DNA from: Arenicellales bacterium
Lineage (GTDB): Bacteria > Pseudomonadota > Gammaproteobacteria > Arenicellales > Poriferihabitantaceae
Assembly: GCA_963457535.1 (NCBI GenBank)
Contig: OY734803.1
Location: 489,398-553,397, forward strand
Direction: 5' to 3'
Length of the DNA: 64,000 nt
Position 1 is the stretch's first letter. Every line of letters starts with the position of its first letter. The translations under genes and the position numbers were made by a program. The notes beneath the pieces were generated by a model. It was not told the DNA's origin, searched no databases, and saw only the letters and a program-made list of their open reading frames with translations. This document shows positions 14,026 through 25,418 of the stretch, piece after piece.

Positions 14026-14150
14026 GCGCGCATCGCCGAACATTACCGGACATTGCCGGACATATTAATGAACACGCGCGCGCTTGCTGATATATTCGGT
14101 TCGCGCGCAAAACCCTCCTGCAAAAAATGATCAACCACGGCACTCCCTAA

Positions 14151-14906
14151 ATGCCCGCCGCGCCCCTGCGAAAAATCATTGACCGCGCCGGCCACGAAGC
14201 CGACGGCCGCGCCGGGCGCGCATTCGCGCTGGCCGTGCAGATATTAATCGTCGTCTCGCTGGTTGCGTTTTCCATTGAAACCCTGCCGAACCTGCCGGAA
14301 GCCGCGCGGCGCGCGCTGCATGTCATGGAGATCGTCATCGTCGCCGCATTCACCGCCGAATATGCGCTGCGCGTCATCGCCGCCGAGCGCAAGGCGAAAT
14401 TCATTTTTAGTTTTTACGGGCTGATAGACCTCGCCGCGATTTTGCCCTTTTACCTTGCGGCGGCCGGCGTGGACCTGCGCGCGCTGCGCGCGTTTCGGCT
14501 GCTGCGCGTTGCGCGCATTTTGAAACTGGTCGCATACGACCGCGCGGCCTCGCGCTTTCGGCGCGCGCTGCGCATCGCCCGGGAGGAACTCATTTTATTC
14601 GGCGGAGTCGCCGCGGTCATGCTCTACCTGTCGGCCGCCGGCATTTATTACTTTGAAAACGCCGCGCAGCCGGACGCGTTTCAGTCGGTCTTTCACAGTT
14701 TGTGGTGGGCGCTGGTGACGCTAACCACGGTCGGCTACGGCGACATGGTTCCGGTCACGTTCGGCGGGCGGGCGCTCACTTTCGTCATGCTGACCACCGG
14801 CATCGGCATCGTTGCCGTGCCCACCGGGCTGATCGCCTCGGCGCTCTCGCGCGTGCGCGCGGAAGACGCGGCCGGCGCGGCGAAAAAGAAAAAGAAGAAA
14901 AAATAG
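14151..14906 (+). CDS. voltage-gated (6TM, Kv/KvAP-like) potassium channel with poly-lysine tail
   Basis: 251 aa. S4 voltage-sensor periodicity LRALRAFRLLRVARILK. Pore selectivity filter TLTTVGYGD. Ends in KKKKKKK. Confidence 0.8.
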   Translation: MPAAPLRKIIDRAGHEADGRAGRAFALAVQILIVVSLVAFSIETLPNLPEAARRALHVMEIVIVAAFTAEYALRVIAAERKAKFIFSFYGLIDLAAILPFYLAAAGVDLRALRAFRLLRVARILKLVAYDRAASRFRRALRIAREELILFGGVAAVMLYLSAAGIYYFENAAQPDAFQSVFHSLWWALVTLTTVGYGDMVPVTFGGRALTFVMLTTGIGIVAVPTGLIASALSRVRAEDAAGAAKKKKKKK

Positions 14907-16175
<1,269 letters not shown>

Positions 16176-16309
16176 GATGTGCGAAACTATTGTGGGCGGG
16201 ACGAGCCGCCATTGTAAACCGCCGCCGCGTGATTTCCGCGGAACTTTTTCAGAAACTTTAAACTTTTTCCACTTTCCACCTTTTCACTTTCTTCATGGGA
16301 GAAAACGCC

Positions 16310-18001
16310 ATGCCAGCCGACCACGCCCCCTCAACGGACGCCGCATCCGAACGCGAATCCATGGAAGTCGACGCGGTCATCGTCGGCGCCGGCCCGGCCG
16401 GCCTGTCGGCGGCCTGCCGGCTGATGCAACTCGCGCGCGAAAAGTCCCGCGAACTTTCGGTGGTGGTGCTGGAAAAAGGCTCGGAAGTCGGCGCGCACAT
16501 TTTGTCGGGCGCGGTGTTTGAGCCGCGCGCGCTGGAGGAATTGTTTCCCGACTGGCGCGCGCGCGGCGCGCCGCTGCACACCGAAGTCGCGCGCGACCGC
16601 ATGTTTTTTTTCCGCGGCGCCGAAAAAGCCATGGAGATGCCGCACTGGATGGTGCCGAAGCCGATGCGCAACCGCGGCAACTACATCATCAGCCTCGGCC
16701 TGCTGTGCCGCTGGCTGGCAAAACAGGCCGAGGAACTCGGCGTGGAAATCTTCCCCGGCTTTCCGGCGAGCGAGGTGCTGTATCACCCGGACGGCCGCAT
16801 TCGCGGCGTCGCCACCGGCGAGATGGGGCGCGGCGCGGACGGCGCGCGAAAGGCCTCGTTTGAGCCGGGCATGGAACTGCATGCGCGCGCGGTGATTTTC
16901 GCCGAAGGCTGCCGCGGCCACCTCGGCAAACAATTGGTCGCCAAGTTCGGCCTGGACGAGGGCCGCGAGCCGCAGCACTACGCGATCGGCATCAAGGAAT
17001 TGTGGCGCGTGGACGCGGCGAAGCACGAGCCGGGACTGGTGGTGCATGGCGCCGGCTGGCCGCTCGCCGAGAACGGCGCGTCCGGCGGCTCGTTTCTCTA
17101 CCACTACGGCGAGAACCTAGTCTCGCTCGGGCTGATCACCGACTTGAATTACCGCAACCCGCACCTCAGCCCGTTTGACGAAATGCAGCGGCTGAAGCAC
17201 CACCCGGTGTTTCGCGAATATTTGGAGGGCGGCGAGCGCATCGCTTACGGCGCGCGCGCCATCACCAAAGGCGGATTGCGAGCGCTGCCGAAGATGACGC
17301 TGCCGAACGCGCTGCTGGCCGGCTGCGACGCCGGCACGCTGAATTTTTCCAAGATCAAAGGCTCGCACACCGCGATGAAATCCGGAATGCTGGCGGCCGA
17401 GTCGGTTTTTGCGATGCTCGCGAACGGGGACGGCGCGCTTGACGGATTTGAAAAAAGTTTCCGAGATTCATGGCTGCACGCCGAATTGCAAAAGTCGCGC
17501 AACTTCGGCGCGGCGCTGCACAAATTCGGCGTGTGGCTCGGCGGCGCATACAACTACCTGGATCAAAACTGGTTCGGCGGCCGCCTGCCGTTCGCGCTGC
17601 GCGACCCGCGCGCCGACCACGACGCATTTTTGCCGGCGGAAAAATGCGCGCCGATTGACTACCCGAAACCGGACGGCAAAATCAGTTTTGACAAAAACTC
17701 GTCGGTGTTTTTGTCGGCGACCAACCACGAGGAGGATCAGCCGGCGCACCTGCAACTGGCGCGCCCCGATGACGCGCTCGCGGTCAACTGGGCGCGCTAC
17801 GCCGGACCCGAAGCGCGCTTTTGCCCGGCCGGCGTCTATGAGTTTGTCGGCGGCGAGGGAGATGACGGCGCGCAGCCGGCGTTTCGCATCAACGCGCAAA
17901 ACTGCGTGCACTGCAAGACCTGCGACATCAAGGACCCCGGCGGCAACATCACCTGGGTTTCGCCGGAGGGCGGCGGCGGACCGAACTACGCCGAGATGTG
18001 A
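16310..18001 (+). CDS. electron-transfer flavoprotein:ubiquinone oxidoreductase (ETF-QO)
   Basis: FAD site VDAVIVGAGPAGLSAA. C-terminal 4Fe-4S region CVHCKTCDIKDP. ATG 16310 preferred (GGGAGA 7 nt upstream). In-frame ATG 16295 is also possible. Confidence 0.9.
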   Translation: MPADHAPSTDAASERESMEVDAVIVGAGPAGLSAACRLMQLAREKSRELSVVVLEKGSEVGAHILSGAVFEPRALEELFPDWRARGAPLHTEVARDRMFFFRGAEKAMEMPHWMVPKPMRNRGNYIISLGLLCRWLAKQAEELGVEIFPGFPASEVLYHPDGRIRGVATGEMGRGADGARKASFEPGMELHARAVIFAEGCRGHLGKQLVAKFGLDEGREPQHYAIGIKELWRVDAAKHEPGLVVHGAGWPLAENGASGGSFLYHYGENLVSLGLITDLNYRNPHLSPFDEMQRLKHHPVFREYLEGGERIAYGARAITKGGLRALPKMTLPNALLAGCDAGTLNFSKIKGSHTAMKSGMLAAESVFAMLANGDGALDGFEKSFRDSWLHAELQKSRNFGAALHKFGVWLGGAYNYLDQNWFGGRLPFALRDPRADHDAFLPAEKCAPIDYPKPDGKISFDKNSSVFLSATNHEEDQPAHLQLARPDDALAVNWARYAGPEARFCPAGVYEFVGGEGDDGAQPAFRINAQNCVHCKTCDIKDPGGNITWVSPEGGGGPNYAEM

Positions 18002-18020
18002 GCGGCGGAGTCATTTAAAT

Positions 18021-18055
18021 AAAAAAACCGCGCGCACGGAATTATTTCGGCGCGC
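18021..18055 (-). terminator. possible rho-independent terminator after rluC
   Basis: On the minus strand a 6-bp GC-only stem (GCGCGC/GCGCGC) with a ~14-nt loop spanning the rluC stop, followed by U7 (A7 at 18021-18027 on +). Confidence 0.35.
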
Positions 18056-18977
18056 CGCGCAGCGCCTCCACCACCGCTTGCAATTCCGCCGGCAATTCGG
18101 CGCGCACATCCACCGGCATCCCGCTCAGCGGATGCGCAAAGCGCAGCGACTCGGCATGCAAAAACATGCGCCGCAGACCGGCGGCGCGCATCTCGCGGTT
18201 GAACGCGCGGTCGCCGTAGCGGCGGTCGCCGGCGATCGGATGCCCGGCGGCCGCGGCATGCGCGCGCGCCTGATGCATGCGCCCGCTTAGCAGCGCGACG
18301 CCGACCAACGCGCAATTTGAAAACTGTCGGCGCGGCGCAAACACGCTGCGCGCGTCCACCGCTTTTGCGCCGGGGCGGCGGCGAAGCGGCGCGTCAATTT
18401 CGCGCGCGCCGCCGCGCCAGACGCCGCGCACCAGCGCGGCATAGTCCTTGCCGACGCGGCGCGCGGCCAGTTGCGCCTGCAAGTCCAGCAGCGCGGCGCG
18501 CGATTTCGCCAGCATCAGGCAGCCGGAAGTCTCGCGGTCCAGTCGGTGCGCGAGTTCCAGATGCGCCGCGTCTTCATGCCGCGCGCGCAGCGCCTCTATC
18601 AGGCCGTAGCGCATGCCGCTGCCGCCATGCGCGGCGAGTCCGGCCGGCTTATCCACCACCAGCATGCATTCATCTTCAAACAGCGTCGCGACATGCTCGG
18701 CCGCGTCGCGCGGCGGCGGCGCTGCCGGCGCGGCGCGGCGCAGCGGCGGGATGCGGAGTTTGTCGCCGGCGCGCAATTGGTAAGGCGGTTTTTTGCGCGC
18801 GCCGTTGACGCGCACCTCGCCGCCGCGCAGCGCGCGATAGAGGCGCGTCTTCGGCACGCCTTTGCAGCGCGCGATTAAAAAGTTGTCAATGCGCTGGCCG
18901 GCCTGCTCGGGCGCGACCTCTATGATCTCGGCGCGCGGCGCCGCGCCCCGCTCCGACTCCTGATTGGGAGCGCGCAT
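18042..18977 (-). CDS. rluC: 23S rRNA pseudouridine synthase, RluC-like
   Basis: Starts at ATG 18977, overlapping the upstream gene stop (ATGA). N-terminal S4 domain (RIDNFLIARCKGVPKTRLYRALRGGEVRVNG). Catalytic HRLDRETSG motif. 311 aa. Confidence 0.8.
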   Translation of the reverse strand: MRAPNQESERGAAPRAEIIEVAPEQAGQRIDNFLIARCKGVPKTRLYRALRGGEVRVNGARKKPPYQLRAGDKLRIPPLRRAAPAAPPPRDAAEHVATLFEDECMLVVDKPAGLAAHGGSGMRYGLIEALRARHEDAAHLELAHRLDRETSGCLMLAKSRAALLDLQAQLAARRVGKDYAALVRGVWRGGAREIDAPLRRRPGAKAVDARSVFAPRRQFSNCALVGVALLSGRMHQARAHAAAAGHPIAGDRRYGDRAFNREMRAAGLRRMFLHAESLRFAHPLSGMPVDVRAELPAELQAVVEALRGAPK

Positions 18978-20281
18978 CAGGCGAAGCGGTCGGCCAGCCG
19001 CCGCCACGCCATCTCGGCGACCAGCGCCGGCGCGCGCAACGCGCGGCCGCCGGGAAACGCGCGGTGCGGAATCGCGCGAAAGCATTCCAGACGCGCGGTC
19101 TCCCCCATGACCGCGTCGGCGAGCAAGCCGCCGGCATAGCCGCTGAGCGACATGCCCTGCCCGGAAAATCCGTGCGCAAACCAATTGCGCGCGCCGAAAC
19201 TGCCGATGTGCGGCGCGCGGTTGCGCGTGATCGCGACCTTGCCGCCCCAGGCAAAATCAACGCGCGCGCCGGCGAGTTGCGGAAACACGCGCAGCATTCG
19301 CCGCCGCAGCGGCCGTTCCAAATTGCGCGGCGCCCACCCGGAATAATTGACGCGCCCGCCGAACAGCATGCGGTGGTCGGCCGACAAGCGGTAATAGTCC
19401 AGCACCAAGTTGGTGTCGGCGACCGCGGCGCGGTTGGCGATGAGCGCATCAGCGCGCGCCGGCGCGAGCGGCTCGGTGGCGATGATGTAAGTGCCGACCG
19501 GCATGATCATTTTCTCCAGGCGCGGCTGCAGGTTTCCGAGATAGGCGTTGCATGCGTAAATCACCTGGCCGCAGCGCAGACTTCCGCCGTCGGTGCGCAG
19601 CGTCGTCTCCGATGAGGATTCGCGCACTTCGCGCACCGCGCTCGCGTTATGCAGCGACGCACCGGCGCGCTGCGCTGCCTGCGCCAGACCGAGGCAGTAA
19701 TTCAACGGATGCAGATGCCCGCTGCGGCGGTCAAAGACGCCGCCCGAATAGAGTTCGCTGGCGACGATTTCGCGCAACTGCTCGCGCTCCAAGTACTGCA
19801 GTTCGTATCCGTAATGCGCGCCGAGATGCTCGGCCCATTCGCGCAGGTCGCGCGCCTGGCTCTCGCGCACCGCGGCGTGCACATAATTTTCCGCGAGGTC
19901 GCATTCAATGCGCGCCTCCGCGATGCGCCGGCGCGTCAAATCCAGCGCGGCGAGCGAATGCTCCCACAACTCGCGCGCGCGCGCCTCGCCGACCAGTTTT
20001 TCCAACTTGCGCTGGTCTATGGAAAAGCCGGCGAGAATTTGCCCGCCGCTTCGCCCGGACGCGCCCCAGCCGAAATCGCGCGCCTCCAGCACCGCAACCT
20101 CGGCGCCGCGCTCGGCCAGATGCAGCGCCGCGGAAACGCCGGTGATGCCGCCGCCGATGACCGCGACATCGGCGCGGCGCGCGCCGCGAAGCGGCCGCGC
20201 ATCTATGCGATAGCGGCAACTCGCGCGGTAATAGGAGTCGGCGTCTTCTTGCGGTTTCATCGCGGACATTAATGACGGCAA
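18977..20281 (-). CDS. FAD-dependent oxidoreductase, gamma-glutamylputrescine oxidase (PuuB)-like
   Basis: 434 aa. FAD motif DVAVIGGGITGVSAALHLAERG. Collinear with PuuB/OrdL (YYRLSADHRMLFGG, FPQLAGARVDFAWGG). The start among the N-terminal Met codons is uncertain. Confidence 0.8.
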   Translation of the reverse strand: MPSLMSAMKPQEDADSYYRASCRYRIDARPLRGARRADVAVIGGGITGVSAALHLAERGAEVAVLEARDFGWGASGRSGGQILAGFSIDQRKLEKLVGEARARELWEHSLAALDLTRRRIAEARIECDLAENYVHAAVRESQARDLREWAEHLGAHYGYELQYLEREQLREIVASELYSGGVFDRRSGHLHPLNYCLGLAQAAQRAGASLHNASAVREVRESSSETTLRTDGGSLRCGQVIYACNAYLGNLQPRLEKMIMPVGTYIIATEPLAPARADALIANRAAVADTNLVLDYYRLSADHRMLFGGRVNYSGWAPRNLERPLRRRMLRVFPQLAGARVDFAWGGKVAITRNRAPHIGSFGARNWFAHGFSGQGMSLSGYAGGLLADAVMGETARLECFRAIPHRAFPGGRALRAPALVAEMAWRRLADRFA

Positions 20282-20370
20282 AATCGGGGCGGCAAAAATT
20301 AACCCGGCCGGGCGCGCGCAGCCGCGCGATGCGAATTATAATAGCCGCTTCGCTTCCGCCACGACAAAGC

Positions 20371-21789
20371 ATGCGCGCCGGAAAAACCACAGGCAAACCG
20401 CCCGCGGCGGCGCGTACGCGCGCGCGCACGCCGGCGGTGGGCCGCGCCAAGCCGCCGGCCGAATTGCGCCGCTGGCTCGACGAAAACCAAATTGAAGAGG
20501 TGGAATCGGTCGTCGCCGACATGACCGGCGTCGCCAAGGGAAAGATTTTGCCGGCGCGCAAATACCAGGAGGAAGTCGGGCTGCGCCTCGCCGAAAGCGT
20601 TTTCGCGCAGACCGTCAACGGCGACTTCCCGCCGCAGATGGAAGTGCTGGGCGAAGCCGACGGCGACATTTTTTTGAAACCCGACGCCTCCACCGCGCGC
20701 GTGCTGCCGTTCGCGTCTTCGCCGAGCGCGGTCATCATTCACGACTGCTACCACTTTGACGGAAGTCCGGTGGAAGTCGCGCCGCGCCATGTGCTGCGCC
20801 GCGTGCTCGCGCACTACCGCGAGCATGGGCTGGAGCCGGTGGTCGCGCCGGAAGTGGAGTTCTATCTGGTCAAGCCGAATGTGGACGCCGACTATCCGCT
20901 GGAGCCGCCGGTCGGCCGCTCGGGCCGCGCCGAGAGCGGGCGGCAGGCGTTCAGCATAGACGCGGTCAACGAGTTTGACCCGCTGTTTGAGGAGTTGTAT
21001 GACTTCTGCGAGCGCCAGGACATCGGCATTGAAACTTTGATTCACGAGTCCGGCGTCGCGCAAATGGAAATCAACTTGCTGCACGGCGGCGCGATAGAAC
21101 TCGCCGACCAGGTGTTTTTGTTCAAGCGCGGCCTGCGGCAGGTGGCGATGCGCCACAACACCTACGGCACTTTCATGGCCGCGCCGATGGAGGGGCAGCC
21201 GGGCAGCGCGCTGCACATTCACCAAAGCGTGGTGGATTCGGCCGGCGAAAATATTTTCAGCGAAGCCGGCGGCGGCGAGAGCGGGCGCTTCGCGCATTTT
21301 ATCGGCGGCCTGCAGCGCTACCTGCCGGCGGCGATGGCGCTGTGCGCGCCGAATGTCAATTCCTACCGCCGCCTCGCGCCGAACCCGTTCGGCACGCCGG
21401 TCAACATTGAATGGGGCTACGACAACCGCACCGCCGGTTTGCGCGTGCCGGTGTCGGCGCCGCAGGCGCGGCGCATTGAAAACCGAATTTGCGGCGCCGA
21501 TGTCAACCCCTACCTGGCCATCGCCGCCTCGCTCGCCTGCGGCCTGCTCGGCATGCGCGAAAAAATCGCGCCGAAAAAACCGGTGACCGGCAACGCATAC
21601 AGCGTGGAAACCACGCTGCCGCACACCTTGCGCGAGGCCGTGGACGAATTGCTGGAATGCAAGCCGCTGCGCGAATTGCTCGGCGATGATTTCGTGCGCC
21701 TGTACAGCAGCGTCAAGCGGCACGAATACGACACCTTTCTCGGCGTCATCAGCGCCTGGGAGCGCGAGCACCTGCTGCTGAATGTCTGA
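20371..21789 (+). CDS. glutamine synthetase family enzyme, gamma-glutamylputrescine synthetase (PuuA)-like
   Basis: ATG 20371 gives 472 aa. GS type III-like motifs FMAAPMEGQPGSALHIHQS, NVNSYRRL, NRTAGLRVP, ENRICGADVNPYL. Divergent from the PuuB-like gene. Confidence 0.85.
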   Translation: MRAGKTTGKPPAAARTRARTPAVGRAKPPAELRRWLDENQIEEVESVVADMTGVAKGKILPARKYQEEVGLRLAESVFAQTVNGDFPPQMEVLGEADGDIFLKPDASTARVLPFASSPSAVIIHDCYHFDGSPVEVAPRHVLRRVLAHYREHGLEPVVAPEVEFYLVKPNVDADYPLEPPVGRSGRAESGRQAFSIDAVNEFDPLFEELYDFCERQDIGIETLIHESGVAQMEINLLHGGAIELADQVFLFKRGLRQVAMRHNTYGTFMAAPMEGQPGSALHIHQSVVDSAGENIFSEAGGGESGRFAHFIGGLQRYLPAAMALCAPNVNSYRRLAPNPFGTPVNIEWGYDNRTAGLRVPVSAPQARRIENRICGADVNPYLAIAASLACGLLGMREKIAPKKPVTGNAYSVETTLPHTLREAVDELLECKPLRELLGDDFVRLYSSVKRHEYDTFLGVISAWEREHLLLNV

Positions 21790-22894
21790 CAACAACATCG
21801 CCCGGATTGAAACCTTCGCCACCGAATTTGTCTGCATGGTGAAGGCGACCGCGGCCGACGGCGCATACGGATGGGGGCAGACCGCGCCCTACCACGCCGA
21901 CATCACCGCGCAAATTGTGCACCGGCAAATCGCGCCGCACGCGCTCGGCGCCGACGCGGACACAATTGAAAAACTCGCCGAACGCATTCCCGAACTTGAG
22001 CACAAGTTCCCCGGCTCGCATTTGTACCGCGCGCTCGGCGGACTGGACACCGCGCTGTGGGATTTGCGCGGCCGGCGCGCCGGCAAACCGGTATGCGCAT
22101 TGCTCGGCGGCGCGCCGGGAAAAGTTCGCGCGTACGCGTCCTCCATGAAGCGCGACATTGACGGCAAAACCGAAGTCGCGCGCCTTGCGAAACTCCGCGG
22201 CCAATTCGGTTTTGACGCGTTTAAATTTCGCGTCGCCTCGGAATGCGGGCACGACGCCGACGAATGGCCGGGGCGCAGCGAAGACATCGTGGCGCGCATG
22301 CATGCCGAATTTGGCAAAAGTGAATGCGCGCTGCTGGTGGACGCCAATTCCGGCTACTCGCCGACAAAAGCGATTGCATTCGGAAAGTTTCTGGAAGACC
22401 ACGGCGTCTCGCATTTTGAAGAGCCGTGCCCGTATTGGGAATTGGAGCAGACCAAACAGGTGACCGACGCGCTGGACATAGATGTGACCGGCGGCGAGCA
22501 GGACTGCGAGTTGCCGACCTGGCGGCGAATGCTGGAAATGCATGCGGTAAATGTCGCGCAGCCGGACATCTGTTATGTCGGCGGCCTGACGCGCGCATTG
22601 CGCGTCGCCGAAACCGCGGCCGCGCATGGCCTGCCGTGCACGCCGCACGCGGCAAATCTTTCCATGGTTACCATATTTACCATGCACTTTTTGCGCGCGA
22701 TAAAAAACCCCGGCAAATATTTGGAGTTTTCCATTGAGGGCGAGGATTATTATCCGTGGCAGCGCGGCCTGTTTCTCGGCGCGCCGTTCGCGGTGGAAGA
22801 CGGCTGCGTCGCGGTCGGCGGCGCGCCCGGCTGGGGCGTGGAAATTTCCCCCGACTGGCTGCGCGCGTCGCGGCGGCAGGTAAGCGAATTGTGA
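21782..22894 (+). CDS. enolase-superfamily enzyme (mandelate racemase / muconate lactonizing family)
   Basis: 370 aa. Metal-ligand pattern LLVDANSGY, HFEEPCP, VTGGEQD. Candidate Asp/His dyad QPD ... TPHAAN. Overlaps the upstream gene by 8 nt. Confidence 0.8.
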   Translation: MSDNNIARIETFATEFVCMVKATAADGAYGWGQTAPYHADITAQIVHRQIAPHALGADADTIEKLAERIPELEHKFPGSHLYRALGGLDTALWDLRGRRAGKPVCALLGGAPGKVRAYASSMKRDIDGKTEVARLAKLRGQFGFDAFKFRVASECGHDADEWPGRSEDIVARMHAEFGKSECALLVDANSGYSPTKAIAFGKFLEDHGVSHFEEPCPYWELEQTKQVTDALDIDVTGGEQDCELPTWRRMLEMHAVNVAQPDICYVGGLTRALRVAETAAAHGLPCTPHAANLSMVTIFTMHFLRAIKNPGKYLEFSIEGEDYYPWQRGLFLGAPFAVEDGCVAVGGAPGWGVEISPDWLRASRRQVSEL

Positions 22895-22901
22895 AAAAAT
22901 C

Positions 22902-24233
22902 ATGAGCGCGCATTTCACCGATGACTTTAAGACCGCGCCTTTTTGGTGGGAGCGCACGCCGCGGCCTGATCCGAAACCCGCGCATGAAAAATTGCCGCAG
23001 CGCGCCGATGTGGTCATCGTCGGCAGCGGCTACACCGGCCTGCACGCGGCGGTTCAAACCGCGCCGCACCGCAGCACCGTGGTGCTGGACGCCGAAGACG
23101 CCGGCTGGGGCTGCAGCACGCGCAACGGCGGGCAGGTCAGCACCAGTCTCAAGCCGTCTTTCGCCGCATTGTCCGGGCGTTTCGGCGCGCGCGCCGCGAT
23201 GGAAATCCTGCAGGAAGGAAACCGCGCGCTGGAATGGGTCGGCGCGTTCACCGCGGAAAACAACATTGACTGCGACTTCCGCCGCTGCGGACGCTTTTTC
23301 GGCGCGCACAGCCGCGGCGCGTTTTCCAGACTGCAAAAACGCATTGACGCGATTCCGCGCGAACTCGGCGCGGACGCATACACGCTAACGCGCGGCGAAC
23401 AGCGCGCGGAAATCGCCAGCGACTTTTACCACGGCGGCGCGGTCTGGCCGAAACACGCCTCGCTCGACCCGGCGCGCTACCACCGCGGCCTGCTGGACTG
23501 CGCGCGCAAAAACGGCGCGCAAGTGTTTTCGCATTGCGCGGCAACCGGCGTCGCGCGCGCGGCCGGCGGGCGCGGTTTTGAAATCCAAACCGCGCGCGGC
23601 GTATTGCATGCCGCCGACCTGGTCATCGCCACCAGCGGCTACACCGGCGCGCCGCTGCCGCCGTCGCCCGCGTTAAAGTGGATGCGCCGCCGCATCATTC
23701 CGGTCGCCTCCTACATCATCGCCACCGAAGAATTGCCGGCGGAAACCGCCGCGCAACTTTTCCCCGGCGCGCGCGTGGTCACCGACAGCCGCCGCCTGGT
23801 GGTCTATTACCGCCTGTGCCCGCGCCGCCGGCGGGTGCTGTTCGGCGGGCGCGTCTCGGCCGGCGGCGCCGGGTTGCGCGAGGCCGCGCTGCGGCTGCGC
23901 CGGCAAATGCTGCGCATCTTTCCGCAACTCGCCGGTGCGCGCATCAGCCATTCGTGGATGGGCCTGGTCGGCTACACCTTTGACGAGTTGCCGCATCTCG
24001 GCGCGCATGACGGCGTGCATTACGCGATGGGCTACTGCGGCTCCGGCATTTCGCTGGCGAGTTATTGCGGCATGAAAACCGGCCTGCGCGTGCTCGGCGA
24101 CGCGCGCGGCGAAACCGCGCTGGCGCGCCCGCCCTTTCAGGCGCGGATGTATTACCGCCGCCGCCCGTGGTTTCTGCCGCCGGCGGTTTTGTATTACCGC
24201 TGGCGCGATGAAATGGAGGTGCGGCGCGGGTGA
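22902..24233 (+). CDS. FAD-dependent oxidoreductase (DAO family), second copy
   Basis: 443 aa. FAD motif DVVIVGSGYTGLHAA. DAO-family pattern similar to the PuuB-like protein (YYRLCPRRRRVLFGG, FPQLAGARISHSWMG). Confidence 0.8.
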   Translation: MSAHFTDDFKTAPFWWERTPRPDPKPAHEKLPQRADVVIVGSGYTGLHAAVQTAPHRSTVVLDAEDAGWGCSTRNGGQVSTSLKPSFAALSGRFGARAAMEILQEGNRALEWVGAFTAENNIDCDFRRCGRFFGAHSRGAFSRLQKRIDAIPRELGADAYTLTRGEQRAEIASDFYHGGAVWPKHASLDPARYHRGLLDCARKNGAQVFSHCAATGVARAAGGRGFEIQTARGVLHAADLVIATSGYTGAPLPPSPALKWMRRRIIPVASYIIATEELPAETAAQLFPGARVVTDSRRLVVYYRLCPRRRRVLFGGRVSAGGAGLREAALRLRRQMLRIFPQLAGARISHSWMGLVGYTFDELPHLGAHDGVHYAMGYCGSGISLASYCGMKTGLRVLGDARGETALARPPFQARMYYRRRPWFLPPAVLYYRWRDEMEVRRG

Positions 24234-24335
24234 GGCGGTTGCGGCGCGGCGCCGCCCGGCCGTGTATAGTGTGCAGCCCGCGCAGCCCGGCTCCCGGGCG
24301 CGCGGAACACCTTTCAACCTTTCGGAGACCCTGAG

Positions 24336-25406
24336 ATGAAAATCAAATATGCGCCGCCGGCTGCGGCGGCTTTGCGCGCCGCGCTTTTCGCGTCTTTTGG
24401 CGCCGTGTTTTTTGCGGCCGGCGCGGGCGCCAACGAAGTGACCGTCGCCTCGTGGGGCGGCTCCTACCAGGAAGCGCAGAGCAAGGCGCTTTTCAAACCC
24501 GTGGAAAAAGCGCTGGGCATCACCATCCACGAGGAAACCTACAAAGGCATCGGGCAGGTGCGCACCAAGGTGGCCGCCAACGCGGTTAGCTGGGACATCA
24601 TCAGCACCGGTTCCGGCGGCGGCGCGCGCGGCTGCGTCGAAAAAATTCTTGAGCCGCTCGACTTTGACATCATTGATGTCACCAGTTTCGTTCCCGACAC
24701 CTACCTGCCCTGCTGCGTCGGCTCGGATGTTTTCGCCACGGTGATGGCGTGGAACACCGAGACCTACGGCGACAAGGGCCCGCAAAGTTGGGCCGACTTC
24801 TGGGATGTGAAAAAGTTTCCCGGCACGCGCTCCATCCGCGGCAAGATGCACGGCATGCTGGAGCCGGCGCTGATGGCCGACGGCGTTCCGCCGGGGCGCG
24901 TTTACGAAGTGCTGGACAGCCGCCGCGGCATTGAGCGCGCGCTCGACAAAATCCGCGAGTTGAAGCCGCATGTCGCGGTGTGGTGGGGCTCCGGCGCGCA
25001 GCACGCGCAACTGATGAAGGACGGCGAGGTGGACATGACCACCGGCTGGAACGGGCGCTTTGACGTCGCCATCAAAGACGGCGCGAAAACCGCCTACACC
25101 TACAACCAGGGCCTGCAGGACTACGACTGCTTCGGCATTCCCAAGGGCGCGCCGAACAAAGACCTGGCGATGCGCGTCATCAGCGCGATGAGCCGCGCGA
25201 AGTTTCAGGTGAACCTGCCGAAATACATCACCTACGGCCCGACCAATTCCGACGTCTACAAGACCGGAAAAATCAGCCCGGCGGTCGCGCGGAAACTTCC
25301 GTCGCACCCGGACAACGCGCGCAAACTGCTGCCGGTCAGCCAGGAGTGGTATGCGAAGTGGGAAAAAATCGCGTCCGAGATGTACCAGGACATGATCACC
25401 GAGTAG
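24336..25406 (+). CDS. ABC transporter periplasmic binding protein, PotD/PotF (polyamine-type) family
   Basis: 356 aa. Signal peptide ending AGAGA-NE. Family-1 solute-binding pattern. Followed by PotA/B/C-like genes. Confidence 0.8.
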   Translation: MKIKYAPPAAAALRAALFASFGAVFFAAGAGANEVTVASWGGSYQEAQSKALFKPVEKALGITIHEETYKGIGQVRTKVAANAVSWDIISTGSGGGARGCVEKILEPLDFDIIDVTSFVPDTYLPCCVGSDVFATVMAWNTETYGDKGPQSWADFWDVKKFPGTRSIRGKMHGMLEPALMADGVPPGRVYEVLDSRRGIERALDKIRELKPHVAVWWGSGAQHAQLMKDGEVDMTTGWNGRFDVAIKDGAKTAYTYNQGLQDYDCFGIPKGAPNKDLAMRVISAMSRAKFQVNLPKYITYGPTNSDVYKTGKISPAVARKLPSHPDNARKLLPVSQEWYAKWEKIASEMYQDMITE

Positions 25407-25418
25407 CGGTGCAGAAGG

